NCBI GenBank assembly: GCA_963796455.1
Contig: CAWCLO010000001.1
Coordinates: forward strand, 1,248,001 to 1,312,000
Length of the DNA: 64,000 nucleotides
Origin: Candidatus Sulfomarinibacteraceae bacterium
GTDB lineage: Bacteria; Acidobacteriota; Thermoanaerobaculia; Thermoanaerobaculales; Sulfomarinibacteraceae
Direction: 5' to 3'
Shown piece by piece: positions 29,411 to 39,426 of this stretch (the first letter of the stretch is position 1; the number at the start of each line of letters is the position of its first letter). The notes under the pieces are model-generated. The model saw only the letters and a program-made list of their open reading frames with translations. It was not told where the DNA came from and did not search any database. Both the position numbers and the translations under genes were made by a program.

Positions 29411-29868
29411 ATGCTGTTCACGACCGAAATGAAAGAACTGCTGAGGCTGTTCGATAAACATCGCGTCGAGTACGTCCTGGTCGATGGCTATGCGGTCAAT
29501 TACTACGGTTACGTGCGGACGACCCAGGATATTGACCTCCTGGTTTTCCCTGAACCCAATAATGCAGAACGCGTCTTGGCCGCTTTGACCGACTTCGGGT
29601 TCGGTTCGGCGGGCATCCCAGAGAGTCTGTTCAAACAGGAAGGGGGGCGGTTCATCTCGGATCGGAGCCGAATCGAATCGACCTCTTGACCTCGCTCAAA
29701 GGTGTCAGCAACACCGCCGTATTCGAGGCAGCTCATCGGGTCGAACTCGAGGGTGTTTCAGTCAGGGTTATCTCACTTCACCACCTCGTGGAGGCCAAAC
29801 GAGCCTCCGATCGCGCGCGCGACCTCGCCGACGTCGACGAACTTCTGAAGATCAACGAGGTGCGCTGA
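29411..29868 (+). CDS. Nucleotidyltransferase (DUF6036-like), frameshifted at the G run 29642-29647
   Basis: GYAVNYYGYVRTTQDIDL in one frame and RIDLLT...KRASDRARDLAD in the next. One extra G restores the frame. Confidence 0.75.
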
Positions 29869-30063
29869 GGTCACCCGGCGCATTTTCGCCGCAGCAGGGG
29901 CTCTCTTTGCATCCCCGCTGCCAAGGGCACTCCGACTCCTGCGACGGCGAGCAGCGACGGCCGCGGCATGACCTGGCGGCTCCTCCATCCCGCCGATTGA
30001 ATTCTGTCACGGTTGGCCGTCGTGGATCCCGGTCGCCGTTCACCGCCGCCTTCCCAGCAGTAC

Positions 30064-30114
30064 TTGACATCTTTGGTTTTGAGGATATATTGTCTGAAGT
30101 GCTACAAAAGTAGC
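30064..30114 (+). promoter_or_regulatory. Sigma70 promoter and BlaI/CopY-type operator
   Basis: TTGACA 30064-30069, TATATT 30086-30091. Palindrome GCTAC-AAAA-GTAGC at 30101-30114 resembles TACA-NN-TGTA. Confidence 0.65.
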
Positions 30115-30145
30115 AGTACTGCGAACACAGTAGCAGGAGATCAAA

Positions 30146-30538
30146 ATGCCGAACGACCACACGCTCCCCGAACTCTCCCCCGCCGAGCTCGACCTCATGA
30201 AGATCCTCTGGGCTTCGGGCCAGTCGCGCGCCCGCGACGTCCACACCCAACTGAACTCGTCCTATCAGTGGGCCTACTCCACCACCCGGACCATGCTCGA
30301 ACGCATGGTCAAGAAGGGTTATCTCGAACGGGAGACCTTCCACGGCGTGATCCTCTATAACCCTCTCATCTCTCGGCCGCGGGGCCTGGCCCACCTCGTC
30401 CGCGACTTCAGCAAGCGCGTACTCGAAGCGGATCCCGCTTCAGTCGTCTCCCTTTTCGCCGACGGTTCGGCGCTTTCGGCCGACGAAGTCGCGGAGATGA
30501 CGGATCTGCTCGATCAACTCGAGGAGGATGAGCCGTGA
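30146..30538 (+). CDS. BlaI/MecI/CopY family transcriptional repressor
   Basis: LSPAELDLMKILW, WAYSTTRTMLERMVKKGYL. Confidence 0.92.
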   Translation: MPNDHTLPELSPAELDLMKILWASGQSRARDVHTQLNSSYQWAYSTTRTMLERMVKKGYLERETFHGVILYNPLISRPRGLAHLVRDFSKRVLEADPASVVSLFADGSALSADEVAEMTDLLDQLEEDEP

Positions 30539-32181
30539 GTCTCGCGGCGGTGAATCTGCTGGCGCCTGATCTGCTTCAGGCGGCCATCGTCCAGGTCCTC
30601 TATTCGTCGATTCTCGCAGCAGTGGTGATGATCGGTCTTCGGCTGCTGCGAGTTCGCGCGCCGTTGATACGAGAGGCGGCATGGTCTCTCGTCCTGCTCA
30701 GGCTGATGGTTCCACCAGGCTGGCATTCCGGCTTCAGCATCCGCGGTCTTCTCGATTCCTGGCTCGCCGCCGACCCGGCCGCGGGCGGCGTCCGGAGCTT
30801 CGCCCAGGCGATCGTCGTGTCCGGCCAACAACAACCGGCCGCCCTGCCACCCGCTTTCGGCTGGCAAACTCTCGTCGCTCTCGGTTGGATCGGCGTCGTC
30901 GCCGCAATCACGGTCCTCCTGTTCCTCCGCATGAACCACTACAACCGGATCTGCCGGAGGGCCTTCGCTGTCGACGACCCGACGCTGCTCGAAATGCTGG
31001 CCGATTGGAAGGCGCGGCTCGGCGTGCGCCGAACCATCCGCCTGGTTTCGTCGGGCGCCTCGCTGTCACCCTTCACCTCGGGAAGCCTGCGGCCGTCGAT
31101 CTTCCTGCCTGAGTCCGCGATGGCCTGGGACCGCCAAACTCTCGACTCGATCATCGGCCACGAGATGGTCCATATCGCACGGTGGGACGAGGTCCGGATT
31201 CTCGTAACCAACCTCATCCGCACGATCCACTTTTTCAACCCGGTGGCCTGGCTGGCCGCCATCGAGCTCGGGCAGGCCCGTGAGGAACGGTGCGACGAGG
31301 TGGTGGTCCGCACCGGTGCGGTCGCCGCACGCGATTACCGCCGCAGCCTCGTGGACATCCTCAGGTTGAACCAACCCGGGCAACCGACCTTCGATGCCAT
31401 CGTCGGTCTCATTGACAGAAAGGAAGGAATCAAAATGCGCGTCGTCTCCATCCAAAGCGAAGCCCTGCCCAGAAAAATCCGACCCCTGCCGGTCCTTCTC
31501 GGCACGATCCTCGCAGCCGTGCTACTCGTGCCGATGGCGCCGGCCGAGCGACCCCCCACCCCGCGCCAGAGCCCGGGTGGAGATTCGGATTCGACGGATA
31601 TGCAGCCGAAAGGGCGAGTCTCCGTCGGGTTTGGGAGGTTCGAACCGAAAGGTTCCAACGTCAGGTTGCCATCGCGATCTGAAGGAGCGGACCCTGAGTA
31701 CACGGAGCCGGCCCTCGCCGAAGGCACGATCGGAACGGCCAAGCTACAGTTGACAATCGGCACCGACGGCGTGCCCCGGGACATCGAGGTGGTACAGGGG
31801 CTCCCCAATGGTCTGACCGAGGCCGCCCTCGAGGCAGTTCGAGCGTGGAGATTTCGGCCCGCGCTCCGATTCGACGAACCCATCGAGATGACGATGCAGA
31901 CCTTCATCGTGTTCAGCATCTTCGACGGCACACCGGAGAACCTGGAACCTGTGCTGGTGACCGAGGTCGAATCGCTTATGCCCTACGGCATCACCCTCAC
32001 CGGTCTCACCACCGACGGAGATCTGCTGAACATCAACGGCGTCGCCGAGAACACCGAGTTGGTCGGTGAGTTCCTCGTAACCTTGAACAATTCACCAGGT
32101 TTCTCGAGGGAGGACCTTCGGTCCATGGGCCGGGTCGACGGTGGTTTCGAGTTTCACATCACCTGCGTCAGAGGAGAGTGA
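30535..32181 (+). CDS. M56 (BlaR1/MecR1) peptidase fused to a TonB C-terminal domain and a PilN-like tail
   Basis: HEMVH, FFNPVAW, REERCD; then PEYT...AVRAWRFRPA. GTGA overlap with the repressor gene. Confidence 0.85.
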   Translation: MSLAAVNLLAPDLLQAAIVQVLYSSILAAVVMIGLRLLRVRAPLIREAAWSLVLLRLMVPPGWHSGFSIRGLLDSWLAADPAAGGVRSFAQAIVVSGQQQPAALPPAFGWQTLVALGWIGVVAAITVLLFLRMNHYNRICRRAFAVDDPTLLEMLADWKARLGVRRTIRLVSSGASLSPFTSGSLRPSIFLPESAMAWDRQTLDSIIGHEMVHIARWDEVRILVTNLIRTIHFFNPVAWLAAIELGQAREERCDEVVVRTGAVAARDYRRSLVDILRLNQPGQPTFDAIVGLIDRKEGIKMRVVSIQSEALPRKIRPLPVLLGTILAAVLLVPMAPAERPPTPRQSPGGDSDSTDMQPKGRVSVGFGRFEPKGSNVRLPSRSEGADPEYTEPALAEGTIGTAKLQLTIGTDGVPRDIEVVQGLPNGLTEAALEAVRAWRFRPALRFDEPIEMTMQTFIVFSIFDGTPENLEPVLVTEVESLMPYGITLTGLTTDGDLLNINGVAENTELVGEFLVTLNNSPGFSREDLRSMGRVDGGFEFHITCVRGE

Positions 32182-32194
32182 CAGGGACGTCTAC

Positions 32195-32410
32195 CGCCCC
32201 TTCGGGGCTCGGGTCTGGAGAAATGCCCTTGGCAGCGGGGCTCACGCCCTACGCTACACTTTGTCGCACCTTCGGGGGTCCGAGGTCGGGTTCGTGCAGG
32301 CGAGACGCCTGCACCACCACACCGGTGGCCATGGTGGTGCGGCCGTCCCGGCCGCACATCCTGCGAGCGCAATGGAATCGTTCAGGCGGGACGCACGCGC
32401 CACCACGGCG
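32195..32410. repeat. Cluster of GC-rich REP-like palindromes between convergent genes
   Basis: gcccc-ttc-ggggc near 32196 and gtgcaggcg-aga-cgcctgcac at 32294-32314, with a degenerate copy near 32383. Confidence 0.55.
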
Positions 32411-32509
32411 GTGGCCAGTGCTGTACGGCCGGCCGGGAGCAGCCCTGCCGCGCGGCAGAGCCGAGCGGCGGCGGGCGACATCCACGAGCACCCAACCGAT
32501 CGAACACTG

Positions 32510-33398
32510 TCAGCTGCGCGCATCCACCGCGGTGCGAATTGCTCGGATGTGGTCGGGCGTGGTGCCACAGCAACCACCGATGATCGCGACTCCGAGATCC
32601 ATCAGCGCCGCGACCCTTTCTGCCATGTAGTCCGGGGACTCCGGGTAGAGGAGTTCGCCGTCGCGGTACTCGGGCAAGCCGGCGTTTGATTGGATGATGA
32701 TCGGCACGGAGGCGTGGTTCGAGAAGTCGCGAGCGATATCCATCATGGTGTCGATGCCGTTGCCACAGTTGGAACCAACACTATTTGCCCCGACATCGAC
32801 GAGGACACCGCAGGCCTGCCCGATCGTGGATCCCATGGTGGTGAAAAATCCTCGCGGTGTTGCATCGAAAGGTCATGGTCGCGATGAGCGGAATCTCGGC
32901 CGAGGCCGACCGAACAGCTTTGATGGCAAGCTCGGCTTCGCGCAGATCGATCATCGTCTCCACAACTATGAGATCCGCTCCCGCCTCCACCAGGGCTCCA
33001 GCCTGCCGTTCAAAGGCCTCAGCGACGATTTCCGGCGCCGTATCGCCGTAGGGCTCGAGGATCTTGCCGGTGGGGCCCATCGACCCCGCGACATAGGCCC
33101 GGTCAGCGACAACCGGCGCGATCGCAGCGACCGCCGCGCGGTTGATTTTCTCGGTGCGATCGTCGAGACCGTGGTCCTTCAGGCGAAGGCTCGATCCACC
33201 AAAGGTGTTCGTGGTGATGAGATCCGCGCCGGCGTCCACATACAAGGCAGCGATCTCCGCCAGCACCCCTGGATTCGAAAGATTGATCGCCTCGGGGCTC
33301 TCCCCCGCCTGCAGACCACGAGCCATGAGTTGGGTTCCCCAGGCGCCATCACCCACCAGGGTTTCTCCCGCTTGAATCCGTTCCAGAAAGCCTTTCAT
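32510..33398 (-). CDS. Homocysteine S-methyltransferase domain protein (MetH N-terminal module), frameshifted near 32870
   Basis: DGAWGTQL, TNTFG, GSMGPTG, then GSNCG, NAGLP, GGCCGTTPDHI in a second frame. Removing one T joins them (TF-DATPRG). Confidence 0.85.
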
Positions 33399-34036
33399 CA
33401 GATGACTCCGGTCAGTTCCTTGATGACATTGACCGCGTTGTTGGCGTCGTAGCCATAGGCATCGGCGCCGATCTCGTCGGCAAAGGCACGGGTCACCGGA
33501 GCTCCCCCGACCACGACCCGGATATCGCCTTCCAGTCCGCGATTTCGAACAAGCTCGACCACCGCCTTCATGTTGACCATCGTTGTGGTCAGCAACGCGG
33601 ACAACCCGATGACCTTTGCACCCTCGGCAACCGCACTGTCGACAAAGGTCTCCGGAGAGACATCGCTCCCGAGATCGACGATCTCGAAGCCCGCCCCCTC
33701 GAGCATGATGCCGACGAGGTTTTTGCCGATGTCGTGGAGATCACCCTTGACCGTGCCGACGACTACTTTTCCAAGCGTGGGCACATCCTGAGCGACGAGC
33801 AACGGCCTCAAAACCTCCACTCCGCTCTTCATCGCCCGCGCCGCCAACAGCACCTCGGGTAGAAAGATCTCGTGGGCGCCGAATTTTTTACCAATGACGC
33901 CCATCCCGGCGAGCAGACCGTCGTTGAGTACCCTCGTGGCGCCGAGCCCGTTGTCGACGGCTTGCTGGGTCGCCTCGGCCACCACCTGATGTTCGCCCCT
34001 CTGCAGCGCCTCACTGATCTGGTCCAGGACATCCAT
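33398..34036 (-). CDS. Corrinoid (B12-binding) protein
   Basis: GTVKGDLHDIGKNLV, LSALLTTT, VGGAP. ATG 34036 has a GGAGG RBS. Confidence 0.92.
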   Translation of the reverse strand: MDVLDQISEALQRGEHQVVAEATQQAVDNGLGATRVLNDGLLAGMGVIGKKFGAHEIFLPEVLLAARAMKSGVEVLRPLLVAQDVPTLGKVVVGTVKGDLHDIGKNLVGIMLEGAGFEIVDLGSDVSPETFVDSAVAEGAKVIGLSALLTTTMVNMKAVVELVRNRGLEGDIRVVVGGAPVTRAFADEIGADAYGYDANNAVNVIKELTGVI

Positions 34037-34089
34037 GGCATCCTCCGCCCCGATGATAACCTCGCCCGGTCCCGTACAATGAACCGGAT

Positions 34090-34818
34090 ATGGAATCCAC
34101 GAAGGATGTTTTCGAATATTCGCGGCGACAGCTGCTGAAGGCCTCTTCAGAACGAATCCGCGCGCTCGACCCCGGCCCCGATTCATCGGCTGCGGCTCGG
34201 ATTCGGTCCATAATCGATGATTGCCGGGAGGTCTTTGCCGCGTCGGCCACCCCGCGGGGCATTTCGAGGCGGGTCACGATCTCCGAATTCGAGGAAATCT
34301 ATCGGGGCGATGGCGACAATGACAGCCGGACCCCCGTCGAGGAGGTCATTCAGGACGCCGAGTACGTCGAGCTTTTTGCGGTAACGATCGGGCCCGAGAT
34401 CTCGGAGCTCATCGGACGGCACTTCGCATCCGATGAACTCGCCGAAGGCTACATCCTCGATCAGATCGCATCCTTCGCGGCCGATGAGTTGGCGACTGTC
34501 GCGGGAAACCGGCTGGCGGTCAGGGAAGCTCTTGGACCGGACGTGGCGGTACTACCCTACAGCCCGGGCTATTGTGGCTGGAACGTGAGTGGCCAACGGG
34601 CCCTTTTTGATCGTCTCCAGCCTGGAGAAATCGGTATCTCGCTCAACGACAGTTGTCTGATGCACCCCGTCAAGTCGGTCAGCGGGGTTCTGATTGCGGC
34701 TCCGATCACGGCCCACGATTTCAGTCCTGCCTTCCCCTGTTGCGCGAGCTGTACCACCCTCGCGTGCCAGGAGCGGGTGGCGGAACTGAAGGAATCGAAC
34801 GAAATCAGGAGTCCGTAG
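34090..34818 (+). CDS. Methionine synthase reactivation-domain-like protein
   Basis: FAVTIG, YSPGYCGW, MHPVKSVSG, C-terminal CxxCxxxxC. Confidence 0.8.
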   Translation: MESTKDVFEYSRRQLLKASSERIRALDPGPDSSAAARIRSIIDDCREVFAASATPRGISRRVTISEFEEIYRGDGDNDSRTPVEEVIQDAEYVELFAVTIGPEISELIGRHFASDELAEGYILDQIASFAADELATVAGNRLAVREALGPDVAVLPYSPGYCGWNVSGQRALFDRLQPGEIGISLNDSCLMHPVKSVSGVLIAAPITAHDFSPAFPCCASCTTLACQERVAELKESNEIRSP

Positions 34819-34826
34819 TCCTGAGG

Positions 34827-34885
34827 AACCGCAGATCACGCAGATGAACGCAGATCAAACATCGCTATCAGAATCGCTATCGAAT
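34827..34885. repeat. CGCAGAT x3 (about 9-nt period) followed by (ATCGCT)-type hexamers
   Basis: aaccgcagatcacgcagatgaacgcagat, then atcgctatcagaatcgctatcgaa, which resembles 18863-18897. Confidence 0.7.
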
Positions 34886-35012
34886 GAACCTCAACGGTGT
34901 TGGGTTGACCCATTCGCCACCAAGACACCAGGGAAAACATTTGTGCGGGCCTGCCCGCCTCAAGCGCTCTGTCACCTCGAGTGTGCAGGTCCCGTCCGAG
35001 TCCGTATTCGTA

Positions 35013-35145
35013 TTGCAGCGGCAGCGACTGCCTCCAGCGGCAGCGACAGGGAACAGCGATCAGGTGCAGCGATCAGGTGCAGCGACGGCGTGGCCACCTC
35101 CGGGTCGCTCAAAGGAAAGGGATAGCCGGAGGGCGGCCGATGTCA
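35013..35145 (+). repeat. Fragment (copy 3) of the internal left arm of the four-helix-bundle element
   Basis: ttgcagcggcagcgac...tggccacctccgggtcgctcaaagga...gggcggccgatgtca matches 2460-2654. No TIR seen. Confidence 0.75.
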
Positions 35146-37276
35146 GAGATTTCCGTTCAGCACCTCGAGCATGAACGCATACTCCAGGGCCGTCTCTTCA
35201 TACTGTTTGTAGCGTCCGCTGACGCCTCCATGGCCTGCGGCTGACATCTCACAAGTGAAGAGCAGCGCCTTGTCATCGGTCTTGATGTCGCGCAGCTTGG
35301 CAACCCACTTCGCGGGTTCGAAATACTGGACCTGGGAGTCCTCCAAAGCGGTGGTCACCAGGAGGGCCGGGTAGTCCTTGGCTTCCACATTGTCATAGGG
35401 CGAGTAGGACAGCATGTAGTCGTAATATTCGGGATCTTCCGGGTTGCCCCACTCATCGAATTCAGACGTCGTCAGCGGAATGTCCTTGTCGAGCATGGTG
35501 GTGACCACATCGACCCAAGGAACATTGGCGATGATTCCGGCAAAGAGATCCGGCGCCATATTGCTGATCGCACCCATCAGCAAGCCACCGGCAGACCCAC
35601 CCTTGGCAAAAAGGCGATCGGCGGACGTGTAGCCCCGGTCCACGAGGTGGCGGCCGCAATCGATGAAATCAGTGAAAGTGTTTTTCTTCTTGAGCAGCTT
35701 GCCGTCTTCGTACCACCAACGCCCCATTTCCTGGCCGCCGCGGACATGGGCGATGGCAAAGACGAACCCGCGGTCGAGAAGGCTGAGCACCGGCGCGCGA
35801 AACCATGCCTCCATCGTCGACCCATAAGATCCGTAGGCATACAGGAGCATCGGGTTCGAACCATCAAGCTTCATTCCGCTTCGATAAACCAGTGAGATCG
35901 GAACCTCTACGCCGTCCCGGGCCGGCGCCATCAATCTTTCCACAGAGTAGTTGGCGGAATCGAAACCGCCACGGATCTCTTCGCGTTTGACCATCGAGCG
36001 CTCTCCAGTTTCGAGATCGAGGTCGTAGATGGTTTCTGGCGTGTTGAGCGAGCTGTATCCATATCGAAGGACCGAGGTGTCAAACTCGTGGTTCTCATCG
36101 ACCCAGGTCACGTAGGTCGCTTCGTCGAACTCGACCTCGACCTCCTCACCACCGTCCCAGGGAATCACCCGGAGGTGACGCGAGACCGTCGCGACGTTCG
36201 GTCAGGACCATGAAGTCGTTGAAAACCTCGACGCCTTGCAGAAAGACATCGTCGCGCACCGGAATCACTTCGCTCCAATTCGACCTATCCGGAGCCGCTA
36301 CCGGTGCTTCCATCAGACGGAAGTTTTCGGCCTCGAGATTGGTCCGGATGATGAATCGATCTCCGACGTGATCGACGCTGTACTCCACGCCACGCTCGCG
36401 CGGCGCCACCAGAAAGAGCCCTCCCGACGGGTTGTCAGCATCGATGAACCGCGCCTCGGAGGCCAGGGTCTGATCGGAGTGGATGATGATGTACTTGTCA
36501 GAGCGGGTCTTCTGCACCCAGACGCCAAAGGTCTCGTCCTCCTCCTCATAGATCAGCTCGTCTTCAGCCGGATCGGACCCGAGCAGGTGCCGGTAGACCT
36601 GGTATGAGCGCAAGGTCTCCGGGTGCTGCTTTGTATAGAACAGGGTCTTATTGTCATTGGCCCAGACCAGATTGCCCGTGACCTCCGGAATCACGTCCGC
36701 CATCGCCTCGCCGGTTGCCAGATCGGTGATGGATACGGTGTATTTTCGCCGGCCGACGGTGTCGAGGGCCCAGGCCATCATTTCGGTATCGGGGCTGACG
36801 GCGACGCCGCGGACCGAACAGAAATCGTGTCCGGCGCCCTTCTTGTTGACATCGAGGATGACCTCCTCCGCCGCCTCGATCGATCCCTTCCGACGACAGT
36901 AGATCGGATATTCGGACCCTTCTTCATAGCGTTTGTAGTAATAAAATCCGTTGTCGTACGCCGGTGCAGAGCTCTCATCGGGCTGGACACGGTTCTTGAG
37001 TTCCTCGAAGAGCTCATTCATGAGCCCTTTGGACGGCGCCATCACCGCTTCCGTGTAGGCATTTTCAGCTTCGAGGTATTCGATGACCTCGGGATTGCTC
37101 CGCTCGCGCAACCAGTAATATTCGTCGGTCCTGACATCACCATGCATCTCGAGGATGTGGGCGAGTTTTTTGGCCACCGGTGGTTTCGGAGTTTCTTCCG
37201 CACGTTGCTCGCCGCCCGAACACGCGATCAATGAAGCAATCGTTATCACCGCAACGATCAGAATCGAATATTTCAT
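35143..37276 (-). CDS. ptrB: Oligopeptidase B (S9A) with lipoprotein signal, frameshifted near 36181
   Basis: PPVAKK, DEYYWLR, YAYGSYG, GGSAGG, DSQV, AGHGG. Split across ORFs 36146-37312 and 35143-36168. Confidence 0.9.
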
Positions 37277-37367
37277 CTCCACCTCCAGGTGGGGGAAGTA
37301 TAGACCGGTCACCTCGTCGCATCATTTTCGCCAAATCTGCTTGACAATCCCCCGAGATCCAATGAAC

Positions 37368-37397
37368 AAGGGCGACCACATGGGTCGCCCTTTTTTT
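37368..37397. terminator. Hairpin/terminator between the anti-sigma gene and ptrB
   Basis: aagggcgacc-acatg-ggtcgccctt, with the long T run on the + strand. Confidence 0.6.
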
Positions 37398-37416
37398 GCC
37401 ACCTGAATGGTTGGCG

Positions 37417-37875
37417 TTATGAGCTTTGGCTCGGGCCCTTGATCATCCAGATTTCGGTGCCGTTGCGCTCGAAGCGCACCTCGTCCATGAGCTGATTGAT
37501 CAAAAAGATGCCACGGCCGCTGTCGGCAAAGATGTTCTCGCCAACCACCGGGCTCGGAACGGACTCGGGATTGAAACCCGGGCCCGGGTCGCGGACGATG
37601 ATGATCATTCCGCGATGCTCTTCGCAGGCGACAACGACCTCGACCCTTTTTTCAGGATTGTGTTCACAGCCGTGTTCGACCGCATTTGCCAGCGCTTCAT
37701 AGAGTGAGACTTCAATCTCGAACTCGCCGTCGCCCGCGCATCCCTGGTCGCGAACGACCTCCATGATCTGTTCAACGACCGGGGGAATAGCCGCCACATC
37801 ACCCGGCACCTCCTTCTGAATCCGGACAATAAGATTGTCCGTATCGAAGTCGCAACGAGGCGTCGGGTCTGCCAT
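37417..37875 (-). CDS. RsbW-like anti-sigma factor / HATPase_c_2 protein
   Basis: EALANAVEHG, VRDPGPGF, GRGIFLINQLMDEV. Start at 37875, 37878-region alternatives or 37896. Confidence 0.88.
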   Translation of the reverse strand: MADPTPRCDFDTDNLIVRIQKEVPGDVAAIPPVVEQIMEVVRDQGCAGDGEFEIEVSLYEALANAVEHGCEHNPEKRVEVVVACEEHRGMIIIVRDPGPGFNPESVPSPVVGENIFADSGRGIFLINQLMDEVRFERNGTEIWMIKGPSQSS

Positions 37876-38139
37876 CAATAACTCCTGCAAACGCATATTG
37901 TTCTTTTGACGAGCGTCAGCACCATTTAGTCACATCCATCACCCAGTCGGGGTTTCTTTATTCATCATACTCGCGCGATAGGCTTTGGTTTCTTTCAACA
38001 TCCAACAAAAACGACCGGAATGGGTCGCCCATCCATCTCCTCCACCTGTCATCTATCTGATTTGACTGCGAGATTGTATCTCATCTTTTAGGTAAACGCG
38101 ATCTCGAACGCGTTTTCAACTCAGAAATAGTGCCGGCTT

Positions 38140-38898
38140 TCAGCCGCCGAGTCGTTTTCCGGTCACCACTCGAAAGCCACGGACATCGAGTTTCTTGCTG
38201 GTGTCGGCATCTTCATCCATGCCCGGCTCCAGCGAAAGCTTCCACTGGTAGTAGCCGGAGAAGAACTCACTGATCTTTGCCACAAGCTTGGCGTAGGAAC
38301 CGCTCAGTTCGTAGCGGATGGCGTCTTCTTCGCTGTCCCAGATCGTGACCGAGAGCATCCGCGAGCGGCGGCGGACATTCTCCACCAGAAAGACCCCCCG
38401 GCAACCTTTTGTCGCCATCAGGGCCGGTTTAATTTCTCCGTCATAGCGCTCTTTGAGTTCGTCGAATCGGCCGGGCTCGACCCTTGCCGCGACGATCCGC
38501 ACAAAAAACTGCTGCGGCCCGTCGGCGTCAACAATCTCACTCATCGCCGCCACCTCGACCGGATAGGCCTCGATCTCGGGATCCTGCAGGGCCGGATAGG
38601 ACCCCGACGCAGACGATGAAGACTGCACCAGACCCGGAGTGGCCTCGGCGAGAATGTCGTCGCTGGCGTCGAGCAACTCATCATAAAGGCCGCTTTTTTC
38701 GTATGCCTCGGCATCCTTTTGACTGCGCCATGTGGTCATCGAAACGCATTCGACGTCGTCGCCCGAAGGCCGGAGCAAGGACGCATAGAGACAGCCCTTT
38801 GCGTTCTCGAGTGAAGGAATCACGCGTTCCTTATAAAAGAGTGCAAGATCCCGGACCCTGCCCTCCTTGACTCTCAAATGCACGAAACGCATGTACAT
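38140..38898 (-). CDS. Tandem ABM (antibiotic biosynthesis monooxygenase-like) domain protein
   Basis: Two repeats of V.L....GC...S.T.W.S..DA..YE.SG.Y. Confidence 0.72.
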   Translation of the reverse strand: MYMRFVHLRVKEGRVRDLALFYKERVIPSLENAKGCLYASLLRPSGDDVECVSMTTWRSQKDAEAYEKSGLYDELLDASDDILAEATPGLVQSSSSASGSYPALQDPEIEAYPVEVAAMSEIVDADGPQQFFVRIVAARVEPGRFDELKERYDGEIKPALMATKGCRGVFLVENVRRRSRMLSVTIWDSEEDAIRYELSGSYAKLVAKISEFFSGYYQWKLSLEPGMDEDADTSKKLDVRGFRVVTGKRLGG

Positions 38899-39042
38899 GA
38901 CTTCACTCCCCCCTCGCCGGAGGCGATCTTCGCAGTTGCTGTTGTTGCACAGACATTATGGGTTCTCTCACTGAAAAACCTACGCCCTACTCGGTTTCAT
39001 TCCTGAATTCCAAAATGAATCGACATCGAGATTGCAGAAGCA

Positions 39043-39426
39043 TCATTGGGGGCCTTCTCTTTCTATCTTACGAACTGTCCGAATTCGAGTGGTTCTGAGG
39101 CCATCCGCAAACTCCAAAAACAGACCCGGCGCCGCAATGTGTTCGGTGAAGAGTGCGTGCCCGCCCGCCGTGCAACCTAGGACCTCGGTTCTCACCGTCG
39201 CCGCCCCTTCCCGCTCGAACCATCCCCCGCTGACATCAAAGGAACCATCGACCCGGGCGGTCAGCGAGTACATCGAATTCCGGGTCGAAACGATGACCCG
39301 GTCTCCCGGCTCGAGCTCCCCGCGCTTCACCCCGACGACAACTCCTGCCGCCTCCGCCAGATCGTCGATGGGGATCGCCTTCAAGGGCTTCACCCGACGG
39401 TGGACTCCACTCGGAGGATCGGTCAT
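39043..39426 (-). CDS. Hypothetical beta-rich protein (127 aa), coupled to the last kinase gene
   Basis: ATGA overlap at 39423-39426. GGAGG RBS inside the end of K1. Confidence 0.65.
   Translation of the reverse strand: MTDPPSGVHRRVKPLKAIPIDDLAEAAGVVVGVKRGELEPGDRVIVSTRNSMYSLTARVDGSFDVSGGWFEREGAATVRTEVLGCTAGGHALFTEHIAAPGLFLEFADGLRTTRIRTVRKIEREGPQ

Noticed and set aside
37341..37397. Possible + strand small RNA (TTGACA followed by a terminator)
   Set aside because: No convincing -10 box and too little room for a transcript. A similar hairpin at 38012-38030 suggests a REP-like motif.
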